Origin: a virus
Taxonomy: Duplodnaviria > Caudoviricetes
Virus record (IMG/VR): IMGVR_UViG_3300032320_001335
Location: 1 to 31,919 of that record
Strand: one strand, 5' to 3'
Length of the DNA: 31,919 nucleotides
The number at the start of each line of letters is the position of its first letter. Within the stretch, counting starts at the first letter, position 1. A program made the position numbers and the translations under genes. The notes beneath the pieces were generated by a model. That model had not been told where the DNA came from. It worked only from the letters and a program-made list of their open reading frames with translations, and did no database searches. This document shows positions 1 to 7,401 of the stretch, piece by piece.

Positions 1-699
1 CAAGTTCACACAACAACTGATTACTTTTTGTTTAAGCCCTTAATAGGCAACAGAACAAAAAACCTGTTGCACATTAACCGATTGAAAAAGTCAATGGCTG
101 AGCAGTATCTGTTTACTGTTATTATCGTAAATGAAAATTACGAAATAATTGATGGACAACATCGTTTTGAAGTTATTAGTGAATTGAAACTGCCTTTGCA
201 TTACGTAATTTGTCAAGGCTATGGTTTAGATCATGTGCATCGCTTTAATCAAATTTCGAAAACATGGAATGCAGATGACTACATGAACGGATATTGTGAG
301 CTCGGTTATGAAGATTACATTTCATATCGTGACTTTAAGAATAAATATCAAATTGGTCATAATGAATGCATGCTGTTGCTAAGTGGAACTGGCAGCACTA
401 AGAATGCAGGTAACTTTAATTCCGGTCTATTGAAAATTAAATCCATGAAAGAAGCGAAGACCATTATTGAAAAGATTCTGCTTTTACAACCTTACTACGA
501 TGGATTCAAAAGAAGAACTTTCATCTATTGCATGTATGGTTTGATGAAAAACCAAAACTTTGAATTTACCGAATTCATTCAAAAGCTAAAGATTCAACCG
601 ACAGCATTACAGCATTGCACAGATGTAGAGCAATACACTGCATTGATTGAAGAAATCTACAACTACAAGCGCAGAGATAAAGTAAATCTTCGTTTTTAA
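1..699 (+). CDS. ParB/Srx-like N-terminal domain protein, 5'-truncated
   Basis: IIVNENYEIIDGQHR motif; frame is open from base 1 (QVHTTTDYFLFKP...), so the true start lies before the window. Confidence 0.75.
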   Translation, partial: QVHTTTDYFLFKPLIGNRTKNLLHINRLKKSMAEQYLFTVIIVNENYEIIDGQHRFEVISELKLPLHYVICQGYGLDHVHRFNQISKTWNADDYMNGYCELGYEDYISYRDFKNKYQIGHNECMLLLSGTGSTKNAGNFNSGLLKIKSMKEAKTIIEKILLLQPYYDGFKRRTFIYCMYGLMKNQNFEFTEFIQKLKIQPTALQHCTDVEQYTALIEEIYNYKRRDKVNLRF

Positions 700-730
700 T
701 TTGGAATTGTGAAAGGGTTGTGTATATTTG
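700..730 (+). promoter_or_regulatory. Bacteroidota sigma-A promoter
   Basis: TTTG(700-703)-19 nt-TATATTTG(723-730). Confidence 0.85.
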
Positions 731-782
731 CAACGCTCCTCAGATGAAAAACATTTTAAATCCCATCATTACCGCATTGCCA
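723..782 (+). repeat. Copy 1 of ~60-bp direct repeat (copy 2 at 31859-31919)
   Basis: Identical apart from 2 substitutions and 1 indel. Confidence 0.95.
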
Positions 783-834
783 TAGCACTTTCGTGCGCTG
801 GGGAGCCTTTGTGTGTAGTGGTGGGTATTTTATT
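735..834 (+). ncRNA. Candidate structured leader RNA with 13-aa uORF (744-785, MKNILNPIITALP)
   Basis: Stem 762-772/815-825, inner hairpin GCAC-TTTC-GTGC 785-796, extra pairing 735-743/798-806, U-rich tail. Confidence 0.6.
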
Positions 835-837
835 CCA

Positions 838-1638
838 ATGAAGAACAACGGTTACGACCTTTCCCGGAAGTGGTTTGACTTTGCCTTTGAGCATTCGGAA
901 GTGAAGTGCCAGCACACTGCTTTGTTCATGTGGATTATTGAACTGAACAACCGACTTGGATGGAAGGAGCAGTTTGGAATACCAACGAACGCAACAATGG
1001 AAGGGTTGCACATTGGTAACAAGCGTACCTATTTGGATGCACTTAGAGACTTAGCTAAATGGAATTTCATTCAAATCATAAGTGAATCTAAGAACCAGTA
1101 TAGCAGCACAATAATATCAATATGCCGTAGCAAAAAAGCCACAGCACTGCATACGGCATTGGATACGGCATTGATACAGCACAGCAACGGCATTGAACAC
1201 AGCATTGAACACAGCAGTGCCCCTATAGATAAACAAAGAAACCAAGAAACAAAGAAACCAAGAAACAATAGAGTGGTGTTTACACCACCAACCGAAAATG
1301 ATATTTATAATTTTATGGGTGAGTTGAATATGAAATCGGGTGGTAAGTGGAGCGAAATGAAGATTGTTGCAGAAAGTAAAAATTGTTTTGACCACTACAC
1401 AAGTACCGGGTGGAAAACATCGGGTGGCGCAAAAATCGTTTCGTGGGAAGCGACTGTGCGCAAATGGATGAATAATGCATTTACATTTGAAAAAAATAAA
1501 AACCAAAATCAATATGGAAAACAACCAAATACAACAGCAAACAGCATTGCACAAGCTAACCAACTTCTCACCGAAGCAATCGCTATCAGTCGCGCACGCG
1601 ATGCAGCAGGAAAAACTCAGTCTACTTCGGAAGGTTGA
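838..1638 (+). CDS. Phage replication initiator (lambda O-like organisation)
   Basis: N-terminal wHTH-like region, central iteron-encoded low-complexity segment, C-terminal FDHYTSTGWK..G.KI.SWEAT.RKW motif; ATG 838 preferred over GTG 793. Confidence 0.75.
   Translation: MKNNGYDLSRKWFDFAFEHSEVKCQHTALFMWIIELNNRLGWKEQFGIPTNATMEGLHIGNKRTYLDALRDLAKWNFIQIISESKNQYSSTIISICRSKKATALHTALDTALIQHSNGIEHSIEHSSAPIDKQRNQETKKPRNNRVVFTPPTENDIYNFMGELNMKSGGKWSEMKIVAESKNCFDHYTSTGWKTSGGAKIVSWEATVRKWMNNAFTFEKNKNQNQYGKQPNTTANSIAQANQLLTEAIAISRARDAAGKTQSTSEG
1141..1268 (+). repeat. Probable replication origin: iterons plus A-rich tandem repeat
   Basis: Six ACRGCAHTG-like units at 1141, 1153, 1165, 1187, 1199, 1211 (the last is ACAGCAGTG), then AAACAAAGAAACCAAG x2 (1231-1262). 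Confidence 0.75.
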
Positions 1639-2203
1639 TAAGCAACTAACCAAAGTCGCAGTGATGTCATTGCTTGCCCGGTGCGTGCAGCTGGTCAATG
1701 TGCAGAACACTATGAACAGTTTGCAGATTGAGTTTTGCGCTGAACAAATCATGGACAAGATGTGGATGTATTCACTTGAAGAACTGCAAATCATTTTTGA
1801 TAACGGTGCCATTGGTAAGTACGGCACGCTGTTCAATCGTATTGATCCAGCTACGGTGCTTGCATGGTTCCCACTTTATGATCAAGAAAGGCAAGTAGTA
1901 AGTGATGCAATCAATGAAAGTAAGAAGCAGCAAAATAACATCTACGAAATGTTCCAGCATCCGCAAATCATGGAAGCGATGCAACAGGTAGCAGATAAAT
2001 TAAGCATCAAAGAAGAACCGGTGCGCGAAGTGAAAAGGGAAAACCCACCGCAGATTGAGATTGCACTCATGCGCGAATACGATGCGCTGCCGCAATGGGA
2101 CAACGATATGCGATTCCGGGTGTACAAAACCAAGCCTTACCAATTCACTGAATACAGGCAGGAACGTTACAGGGAATTAATCGAAAACCAAAACGAATAC
2201 TGA
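1514..2203 (+). CDS. Putative helicase loader / replication accessory protein
   Basis: Directly follows and overlaps the initiator gene; ATG 1514 has an A-rich leader; function inferred from position only. Confidence 0.45.
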   Translation: MENNQIQQQTALHKLTNFSPKQSLSVAHAMQQEKLSLLRKVDKQLTKVAVMSLLARCVQLVNVQNTMNSLQIEFCAEQIMDKMWMYSLEELQIIFDNGAIGKYGTLFNRIDPATVLAWFPLYDQERQVVSDAINESKKQQNNIYEMFQHPQIMEAMQQVADKLSIKEEPVREVKRENPPQIEIALMREYDALPQWDNDMRFRVYKTKPYQFTEYRQERYRELIENQNEY

Positions 2204-2204
2204 T

Positions 2205-2414
2205 ATGAAAAAGCAAACAGCAGTAGAGTGGTTTTTTAATCAACTTATTGATAAAAAAAATCAAACACCTGAGATTTTGTGGGCTGCATATATTAATGCC
2301 AAAGCAATGGAGAAGGAGCAGATTGTTGATGCTTATCGAAAAGGTTATAGAGAAGGTGCTTTACACGAAGATTTCAAAGATTACTACAACGAAACATACG
2401 GAGGTGACAAATGA
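2205..2414 (+). CDS. Small phage protein (KQTAVEW...EKEQI.DAY...YYNETY type)
   Basis: 69 aa; C-terminal half paralogous to 6311-6541. Confidence 0.8.
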   Translation: MKKQTAVEWFFNQLIDKKNQTPEILWAAYINAKAMEKEQIVDAYRKGYREGALHEDFKDYYNETYGGDK

Positions 2415-2415
2415 A
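2382..2415 (+). repeat. 34-bp exact repeat (second copy 6509-6542) ending in the GGAGGTGACAAATGA junction
   Basis: TACTACAACGAAACATACGGAGGTGACAAATGAA at both sites. Confidence 0.95.
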
Positions 2416-2572
2416 GCAATACGATAAGCAACGAGAAATCGACCTGCTCCGCAAACTATTCGTGCTAACAGCCAGGCGAAGCATGCGCCCTGCAATGAGT
2501 GACAATCTAACAATGCGCCTTATCTTTGAAGAGTTATATCTACTGACTGACAAAGATGAATATAAGCTATGA
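2411..2572 (+). CDS. Hypothetical protein, 53 aa (not in ORF track)
   Basis: MKQYDKQREIDLL...EYKL; ATGA overlaps at both ends. Confidence 0.75.
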   Translation: MKQYDKQREIDLLRKLFVLTARRSMRPAMSDNLTMRLIFEELYLLTDKDEYKL

Positions 2573-2751
2573 CAATAGGTGAGTTGTGGGATAAGCTTGC
2601 GCAGTATCACGATGATACTGAAATATACATTGGCTTCATCAATGGTCACAGTATCGACCACGAAACCTTTGAAGTAATAGAAACAATCGACTTTAATGGC
2701 AAGACCACAATAAGCCTCATGGTAGATGATATCGCAATAATCAATAATTAA
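2569..2751 (+). CDS. Hypothetical protein
   Basis: 60 aa, ATGA-coupled to the upstream gene. Confidence 0.75.
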   Translation: MTIGELWDKLAQYHDDTEIYIGFINGHSIDHETFEVIETIDFNGKTTISLMVDDIAIINN

Positions 2752-2755
2752 TACA

Positions 2756-2992
2756 ATGAGTAACTATCAAATGCAAGAAGGGCAGTTCACCCTATTCAAG
2801 AACAACAAAACAACCAACAACGCACCTGAATACACAGGTGAAATCATGGTCAATGGTAAGAAGATGCGATTGGCTGCATGGGTTAAAGAAGGAAAGAACG
2901 GCAAATTCTTTTCAGGCAAGATGAGCGAACCATTGCAACCATCTTCCCGACCTCAGGAAAACGATGAAAGCACCGGTGATTTGCCATTCTAA
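2756..2992 (+). CDS. Small ssDNA-binding-like protein (DUF736-like)
   Basis: PEYTG...RLAAWVKEGKNGKFFSG and SSB-like acidic C-terminus ending DLPF. Confidence 0.65.
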   Translation: MSNYQMQEGQFTLFKNNKTTNNAPEYTGEIMVNGKKMRLAAWVKEGKNGKFFSGKMSEPLQPSSRPQENDESTGDLPF

Positions 2993-4290
2993 TGATTGAA
3001 TACCTGCCTAAACAAAAGGAAGCATTGCGTGTGCTGGGTAACTCACACCCGGCACGTGTTGTGCTCTTCGGTGGAGCTGCAGGGGGAAGCAAGTCATTCA
3101 TCGGTTGTGCATGGCAAATAAGCCGCAGATTTAAATATCCGGGCACACGTGGCTTGATTGGTAGAAGTAAACTTGACACGCTAAAAAAGACCACGTTAAA
3201 AACATTCTTTGAGGTAGCGCACATGTTAGGGCTTGCACCTAATGAGCATTACACCATAAATAACCAGACAAATGTCATCACTTTTAGCAATAAAAGCGAG
3301 ATAATACTAAAGGACTTATTTGCTTACCCAAGTGATCCTGAATTTCATGCACTGGGTGGTTTGGAATTGACCGATGCTTATGTGGATGAAGCAGCGCAAG
3401 TAAGCAAAAGAGCAATAGACATTCTGCAATCACGTATTCGATTTAAGCTACGCGAATTTGAGTTAGCACCGAAGATGCTACTCACATGCAATCCATCAAA
3501 AGGATGGCTTTATAATGAGTTCTACGCACCACACAAAGCAGATAGTTTAGCACAGCACCTCGCATTCATTCCATCGCTGCCAACCGATAACCCACATCTA
3601 CCTGAAAGCTACATCGAAACGCTGGAACGTTTGCCCGAAATAGATAGGCGAAGGTTGTTGTATGGAGATTGGGAATACGATGAAAGTGTAGACAACCTAT
3701 ACCAGTACGATGATTTGGTGCGCTGCTTCCGGGAAGAAGAAAGCAAAGGTGATAAATTTATAAGTGCTGACATCGCACGACTTGGAAAAGATAGAAGTGT
3801 TATTTGCGTGTGGCATGGATTGCACCTAATCGAAATACACGAACTGCGAAAGCAACCTATCACAACAGTAGTCACTACCATTCGCCAGCTATGCGATAGG
3901 CATGGCATCAAATTAAGCAATGTGATCTGCGATGAAGATGGGGTCGGAGGGGGAGCGGTCGATGCGCTCCGTTGCAGAGGCTTCCTTAATGGTGGTCGTG
4001 CTAAGCAATCGGATAAGTTTACCAACCAAAAAGCAGAATGCTATTTCAAGCTTGCAGAATTGATTGAGCAGAACAAAGTAATTTTCAAAGTGAATCAGTT
4101 TCGTGATGTAATCGTGCAGGAACTGGACATGATACGCAGGCGGCAACCTGAAGCAGACGGCAAACTCGCAGTTATTTCCAAAGATGAAATATCCAGGATG
4201 CATGGCAAGTCACCTGACTATGCAGATGCTATCATGATGCGCATGTACTTTGAACTATTCCCAAACTACGGCAGCTATTCATGGGCGTAG
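2992..4290 (+). CDS. terL: Terminase large subunit
   Basis: Walker A GGAAGGSKS, Walker B YVDEA, coupling motif TCNP, nuclease acids in SADIAR, DEDGVG and SPDYADA. Confidence 0.9.
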   Translation: MIEYLPKQKEALRVLGNSHPARVVLFGGAAGGSKSFIGCAWQISRRFKYPGTRGLIGRSKLDTLKKTTLKTFFEVAHMLGLAPNEHYTINNQTNVITFSNKSEIILKDLFAYPSDPEFHALGGLELTDAYVDEAAQVSKRAIDILQSRIRFKLREFELAPKMLLTCNPSKGWLYNEFYAPHKADSLAQHLAFIPSLPTDNPHLPESYIETLERLPEIDRRRLLYGDWEYDESVDNLYQYDDLVRCFREEESKGDKFISADIARLGKDRSVICVWHGLHLIEIHELRKQPITTVVTTIRQLCDRHGIKLSNVICDEDGVGGGAVDALRCRGFLNGGRAKQSDKFTNQKAECYFKLAELIEQNKVIFKVNQFRDVIVQELDMIRRRQPEADGKLAVISKDEISRMHGKSPDYADAIMMRMYFELFPNYGSYSWA

Positions 4291-4388
4291 TATACCCATC
4301 AAGGTATAAACAAGGGTAATTGTGTTGCATTTATACCCTTATAGGTGGTTACAATCTATAACCGACTGCAATTTTAACAAATTTTAAC

Positions 4389-4418
4389 TTGCGTGTGTAA
4401 TTACTTACACTACATTTG
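4389..4418 (+). promoter_or_regulatory. Sigma-A promoter with palindromic operator GTGTAA-N4-TTACAC (4395-4410) in the spacer
   Basis: TTG-19 nt-TACATTTG. Confidence 0.8.
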
Positions 4419-4441
4419 TCAAACAAATAACAACACACACA

Positions 4442-4621
4442 ATGAATATCTCCGCTGGTCAATCATCACAAAAGCAACATCTTTCAAATGGTGCTCTTAC
4501 CGCTTGCAATCGCAGAACATCGGGCATCGGAAAAAACGACAAAGAATCTTTTAAATGGTGGGTTGAAAAATATCCTCAAGAGTGTTGTCAAAAATGCCTT
4601 ACTCGCTTTAATCAAAAATAA
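4442..4621 (+). CDS. 59-aa putative zinc-binding protein (not in ORF track)
   Basis: MNISAGQSSQKQHL...AC...CCQKC...; first ATG after the promoter, A/C-rich leader. Confidence 0.7.
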   Translation: MNISAGQSSQKQHLSNGALTACNRRTSGIGKNDKESFKWWVEKYPQECCQKCLTRFNQK

Positions 4622-4676
4622 ATTTAATCGAGGGGCGCGGCTCAACAACGCGCATCTAAACTTAAAAACAAAACAC

Positions 4677-4781
4677 ATGAAAACAGCATCTAAAATTATT
4701 CGCTACATTATCGCAGCAGTTATCCTTTATGCAGTGCTTAGCTACTGCCAAGAAATCAATGATTGCCTCATGAAATACTAA
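4677..4781 (+). CDS. 34-aa single-TM peptide
   Basis: MKTASKIIRYIIAAVILYAVLSYC...; leader AAAAACAAAACAC. Confidence 0.65.
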   Translation: MKTASKIIRYIIAAVILYAVLSYCQEINDCLMKY

Positions 4782-4799
4782 TCAATAAACAATAGCAAC

Positions 4800-5474
4800 A
4801 TGAATTCATTTCACAAAGACAATTTAGAAGCATTGCAGAAGTTTCAGCAAATGCTGAACGCAGAACCTGACCAGGCAGGTATCGAATCCACACCGGATAA
4901 GAAAGCACGCACGCTGGTTATTAGCCACGTTGAAACCACATTAGATGAACTATTCTTTGGACATTGGCGCACAGAGAATTTCAAATGGGCAGTATTAGCC
5001 AACGAAGTTCAGGCATCGATTGATTTGGTAGTGATTCATCCGATAAGTGGTTACGAACTAAGGAGAGTAGGCGCAGCTTCAGTTATCATTATGGTAGATC
5101 GCGTGCCTGATGGAGTAACCGGTACTGAACGCAATAGATGGGCATTAAACCCCGATAATAAAAAAGCGAATGCTATGGACCTTGCATTTGGTAAACTCAA
5201 AGCAGAGTGCCTTAAAAACGCTGCGCTGTCATTAGGCAAAGTATTCGGGCGTGATGTTAATCGCGTGAATAAAGATACATACAAGCCATTTAAGTTGAAA
5301 GGTGCATTGGGCAGGGGGCACGAACAGGATGTGGCGTATGTGCGCGAACTAATCCAGCAGGCAACCGACCTAACACAGCTGCATAAAATCTTCAAAGCAT
5401 GCAGCCCTGAAGTGTTAGCCGAAGTAGGCGATGAACTAAATGCTAAGAAAGAGCAATACGGTATTACCGAATAA
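4800..5474 (+). CDS. Single-strand annealing protein (Sak/Rad52-like)
   Basis: VETTLDELFFGHW...KAECLKNAALSLGKVFGRDVNR; adjacent to an exonuclease. Confidence 0.7.
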   Translation: MNSFHKDNLEALQKFQQMLNAEPDQAGIESTPDKKARTLVISHVETTLDELFFGHWRTENFKWAVLANEVQASIDLVVIHPISGYELRRVGAASVIIMVDRVPDGVTGTERNRWALNPDNKKANAMDLAFGKLKAECLKNAALSLGKVFGRDVNRVNKDTYKPFKLKGALGRGHEQDVAYVRELIQQATDLTQLHKIFKACSPEVLAEVGDELNAKKEQYGITE

Positions 5475-5487
5475 ATGTTAAAAATGA

Positions 5488-5520
5488 TAGCAAGTGGTTA
5501 CAGATTGTAACCATTTGCTA
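5488..5520. repeat. Inverted repeat, 15-bp arms with one mismatch, abutting a promoter-like TATTTTTA
   Basis: TAGCAAGTGGTTACA-GAT-TGTAACCATTTGCTA. Confidence 0.85.
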
Positions 5521-5546
5521 TTTTTACCCCATCAATCAATAACAAC

Positions 5547-6314
5547 ATGAACAACACACTATTTAGAGCATCGCAGCTGGGTAAGCTAATGACCGATGCA
5601 AGGACCAAAACAGGATTAAGTGAAACGACTAAGAGCGCATTGCTCGAAGTCTATGTGCAACAGAAGTACAATCGGTACAAAGAAATCAGCAACAAATACA
5701 TTGAGAAAGGTTTAGCTGTTGAGAATGATGCTATCGATATGTGGCGCAGGCATCGTGGTGAAATCGTATTCAAGAATGAAGAAATGTTTACCAATGACTT
5801 TATCAAAGGCACTCCCGATTTGCTTATCAAAGATGAAGCAGGTGCAGTAATCAATGTGCCCGATATCAAATCAAGTTGGGATATACACACCTTTATGTCT
5901 GCGAAGATGGATGAAATAAGCAAAGATTACTATTGGCAAGGGCAAGCCTACTGCTGGTTAACAGGAGCACCAAGTGCCACGTTCTGCTACGTTTTAGTTA
6001 GCGCACCGATTGAAATGATTAATGATGAAAAGTACAGACTATCGCGCAGACTTAATCTTATTGATCCACAAGGCGACCCTACCTTCATTAAGAAAGCAAA
6101 AAGCATTGAGCGCAACATGATATACGACATGCCACGTTTCATTCGCGAATACCCGGATGCAAACCTTGAAACGCCACAAGACGAATGGGCGTTTGATATA
6201 CCCATCGCTGAACGCATCCATGAAAAGGTTGTGGAGTTTGATGCAGATGCAATCGCAAAGCTTCAGGAGCGTGTACCAATGTGGCGTGAATACCTTAATA
6301 CTTTAGCACTATGA
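5547..6314 (+). CDS. YqaJ / lambda-exonuclease family nuclease
   Basis: FRASQLG, KG..E, GTPD, DIKSS, YYWQGQAY motifs. Confidence 0.8.
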   Translation: MNNTLFRASQLGKLMTDARTKTGLSETTKSALLEVYVQQKYNRYKEISNKYIEKGLAVENDAIDMWRRHRGEIVFKNEEMFTNDFIKGTPDLLIKDEAGAVINVPDIKSSWDIHTFMSAKMDEISKDYYWQGQAYCWLTGAPSATFCYVLVSAPIEMINDEKYRLSRRLNLIDPQGDPTFIKKAKSIERNMIYDMPRFIREYPDANLETPQDEWAFDIPIAERIHEKVVEFDADAIAKLQERVPMWREYLNTLAL

Positions 6315-6541
6315 GTAAACTAACAGCACTACAAGAGGCAATGCGTATCGTTGAGAAGTACGCACCCAATTTATTTAATGTGTTTAGCCAAGATTCAAGG
6401 GATTTTTTGAATGAGGTGAAGCCATGTTTAGAACAAGAAAAGGAGCAGATTATTGATGCTTATGATGCTGGAAAAGATGACCATCATCATATGTCTTTTG
6501 CAAAAGAATACTACAACGAAACATACGGAGGTGACAAATGA
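6311..6541 (+). CDS. Small phage protein ending YYNETYGGDK
   Basis: 76 aa; C-terminal half paralogous to 2205-2414. Confidence 0.8.
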   Translation: MSKLTALQEAMRIVEKYAPNLFNVFSQDSRDFLNEVKPCLEQEKEQIIDAYDAGKDDHHHMSFAKEYYNETYGGDK

Positions 6542-6753
6542 ATAAAACGATAGCAATTATTTTATTTATTGCATTGTGCGGATGTAATGAGCATCAAATA
6601 GAATCGCAATTACAAGGTAATAGAATTCAATTTAGAGACTTCAACTATGAAAGTGGAGCATCATTGTCAATAGTATCCGTTGATTCAATTGAATTCCTTG
6701 TAAACCACCGAACAGGACACATGGTGAGGATAACAGAAGGAGGTGACAAATGA
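6538..6753 (+). CDS. Putative small lipoprotein ending GGDK
   Basis: MNK + hydrophobic core + LCGC lipobox-like motif. Confidence 0.65.
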   Translation: MNKTIAIILFIALCGCNEHQIESQLQGNRIQFRDFNYESGASLSIVSVDSIEFLVNHRTGHMVRITEGGDK

Positions 6754-6899
6754 AAAGGCAAGGAAAAATGGAATCGCTCCTTAGTTATTTAACAAGGAAT
6801 CCACCTAAAGAATATGGTAGCGAAAACATAACTATTGAGCATCTTCATGATTTTTTTAAAGAAAGATGGAAACATATAAAAAAGGGAGGTGATAAATGA
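6750..6899 (+). CDS. 49-aa hypothetical protein ending GGDK (not in ORF track)
   Basis: MKRQGKMESLL...HIKKGGDK; flanked by junction motifs at 6739-6753 and 6885-6899. Confidence 0.75.
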   Translation: MKRQGKMESLLSYLTRNPPKEYGSENITIEHLHDFFKERWKHIKKGGDK

Positions 6900-7036
6900 C
6901 AACTGACCAACTCAAAGACCACGTGCGCAATTCAATGCAGCACTACTACAACAAGGAACAAGTAATCGAATTAATTAATAAGCTAAACAATGAAAGCAAA
7001 AGAAAAAGCATGGCAACTGTACTCGAACTATTTTGA
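6896..7036 (+). CDS. 46-aa hypothetical protein (not in ORF track)
   Basis: MTTDQLKDHVRNSM...; ATGA-coupled. Confidence 0.65.
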   Translation: MTTDQLKDHVRNSMQHYYNKEQVIELINKLNNESKRKSMATVLELF

Positions 7037-7283
7037 TATAGTCGAAGCTGGTGATCAACATGGCGACTTAGCTTTGATGCACATGCGTGCTATTAACGCT
7101 GCCCTGTATTGCGTAGATGAAGCATTGACAAACGCACCCAGCGACATCATGCAGGACTTCGATGGCACCGGTGAATTCTATTCTGTCAAAGCATACTACC
7201 ACCATGTGAAAAACGAAATACTAAAAATGAATGGGAGCAAAGAAAATGCGCTCAATAGACGAGCTGAAGACAGAGCGAACTAA
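6990..7283 (+). CDS. Hypothetical phage protein
   Basis: 97 aa, KEKA..L...AL.CVDE...Y..VK.EI pattern. Confidence 0.75.
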   Translation: MKAKEKAWQLYSNYFDIVEAGDQHGDLALMHMRAINAALYCVDEALTNAPSDIMQDFDGTGEFYSVKAYYHHVKNEILKMNGSKENALNRRAEDRAN

Positions 7284-7401
7284 CCTGTTACAGATGTTTG
7301 TCACAGCTAAAACACGCTATGTAAAAGACAACCTGCACCATAAAATCAAATCAGTAAACAAAGAATTATTCACTCTAACTAAAGAAACAAAGTGGTTATG
7401 A
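7231..7401 (+). CDS. Hypothetical protein ~51-56 aa (not in ORF track)
   Basis: ATG at 7231 or 7246; stop is ATGA-coupled to the next ORF. Confidence 0.6.
   Translation: MGAKKMRSIDELKTERTNLLQMFVTAKTRYVKDNLHHKIKSVNKELFTLTKETKWL

Noticed and set aside
759-830. tRNA gene
   Set aside because: Branched fold, but no D-arm or TTCRA T-loop consensus and no CCA-type end
793-837. GTG-initiated N-terminal extension of the initiator
   Set aside because: Lies within the predicted RNA structure; ATG 838 is more plausible
1117-1836. 239-aa - strand ORF and other antisense ORFs (e.g. 3609-4025, 11897-12406, 15830-16216)
   Set aside because: Shadows of well-supported genes on the opposite strand, with no recognisable motifs
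4488-4781. 97-aa ORF from the track
   Set aside because: Better explained by 4442-4621 and 4677-4781, each with a proper A-rich leader
6509-6899. CRISPR array or integron attC array
   Set aside because: Repeats are 15 bp, non-palindromic and separated by whole ORFs; no cas or integrase gene
6311-6899. GGDK as a ubiquitin-like or sorting peptide tag
   Set aside because: Near-identity at the nucleotide level and the built-in SD/ATGA overlap point to a DNA/RNA-level constraint; no conjugation enzymes present
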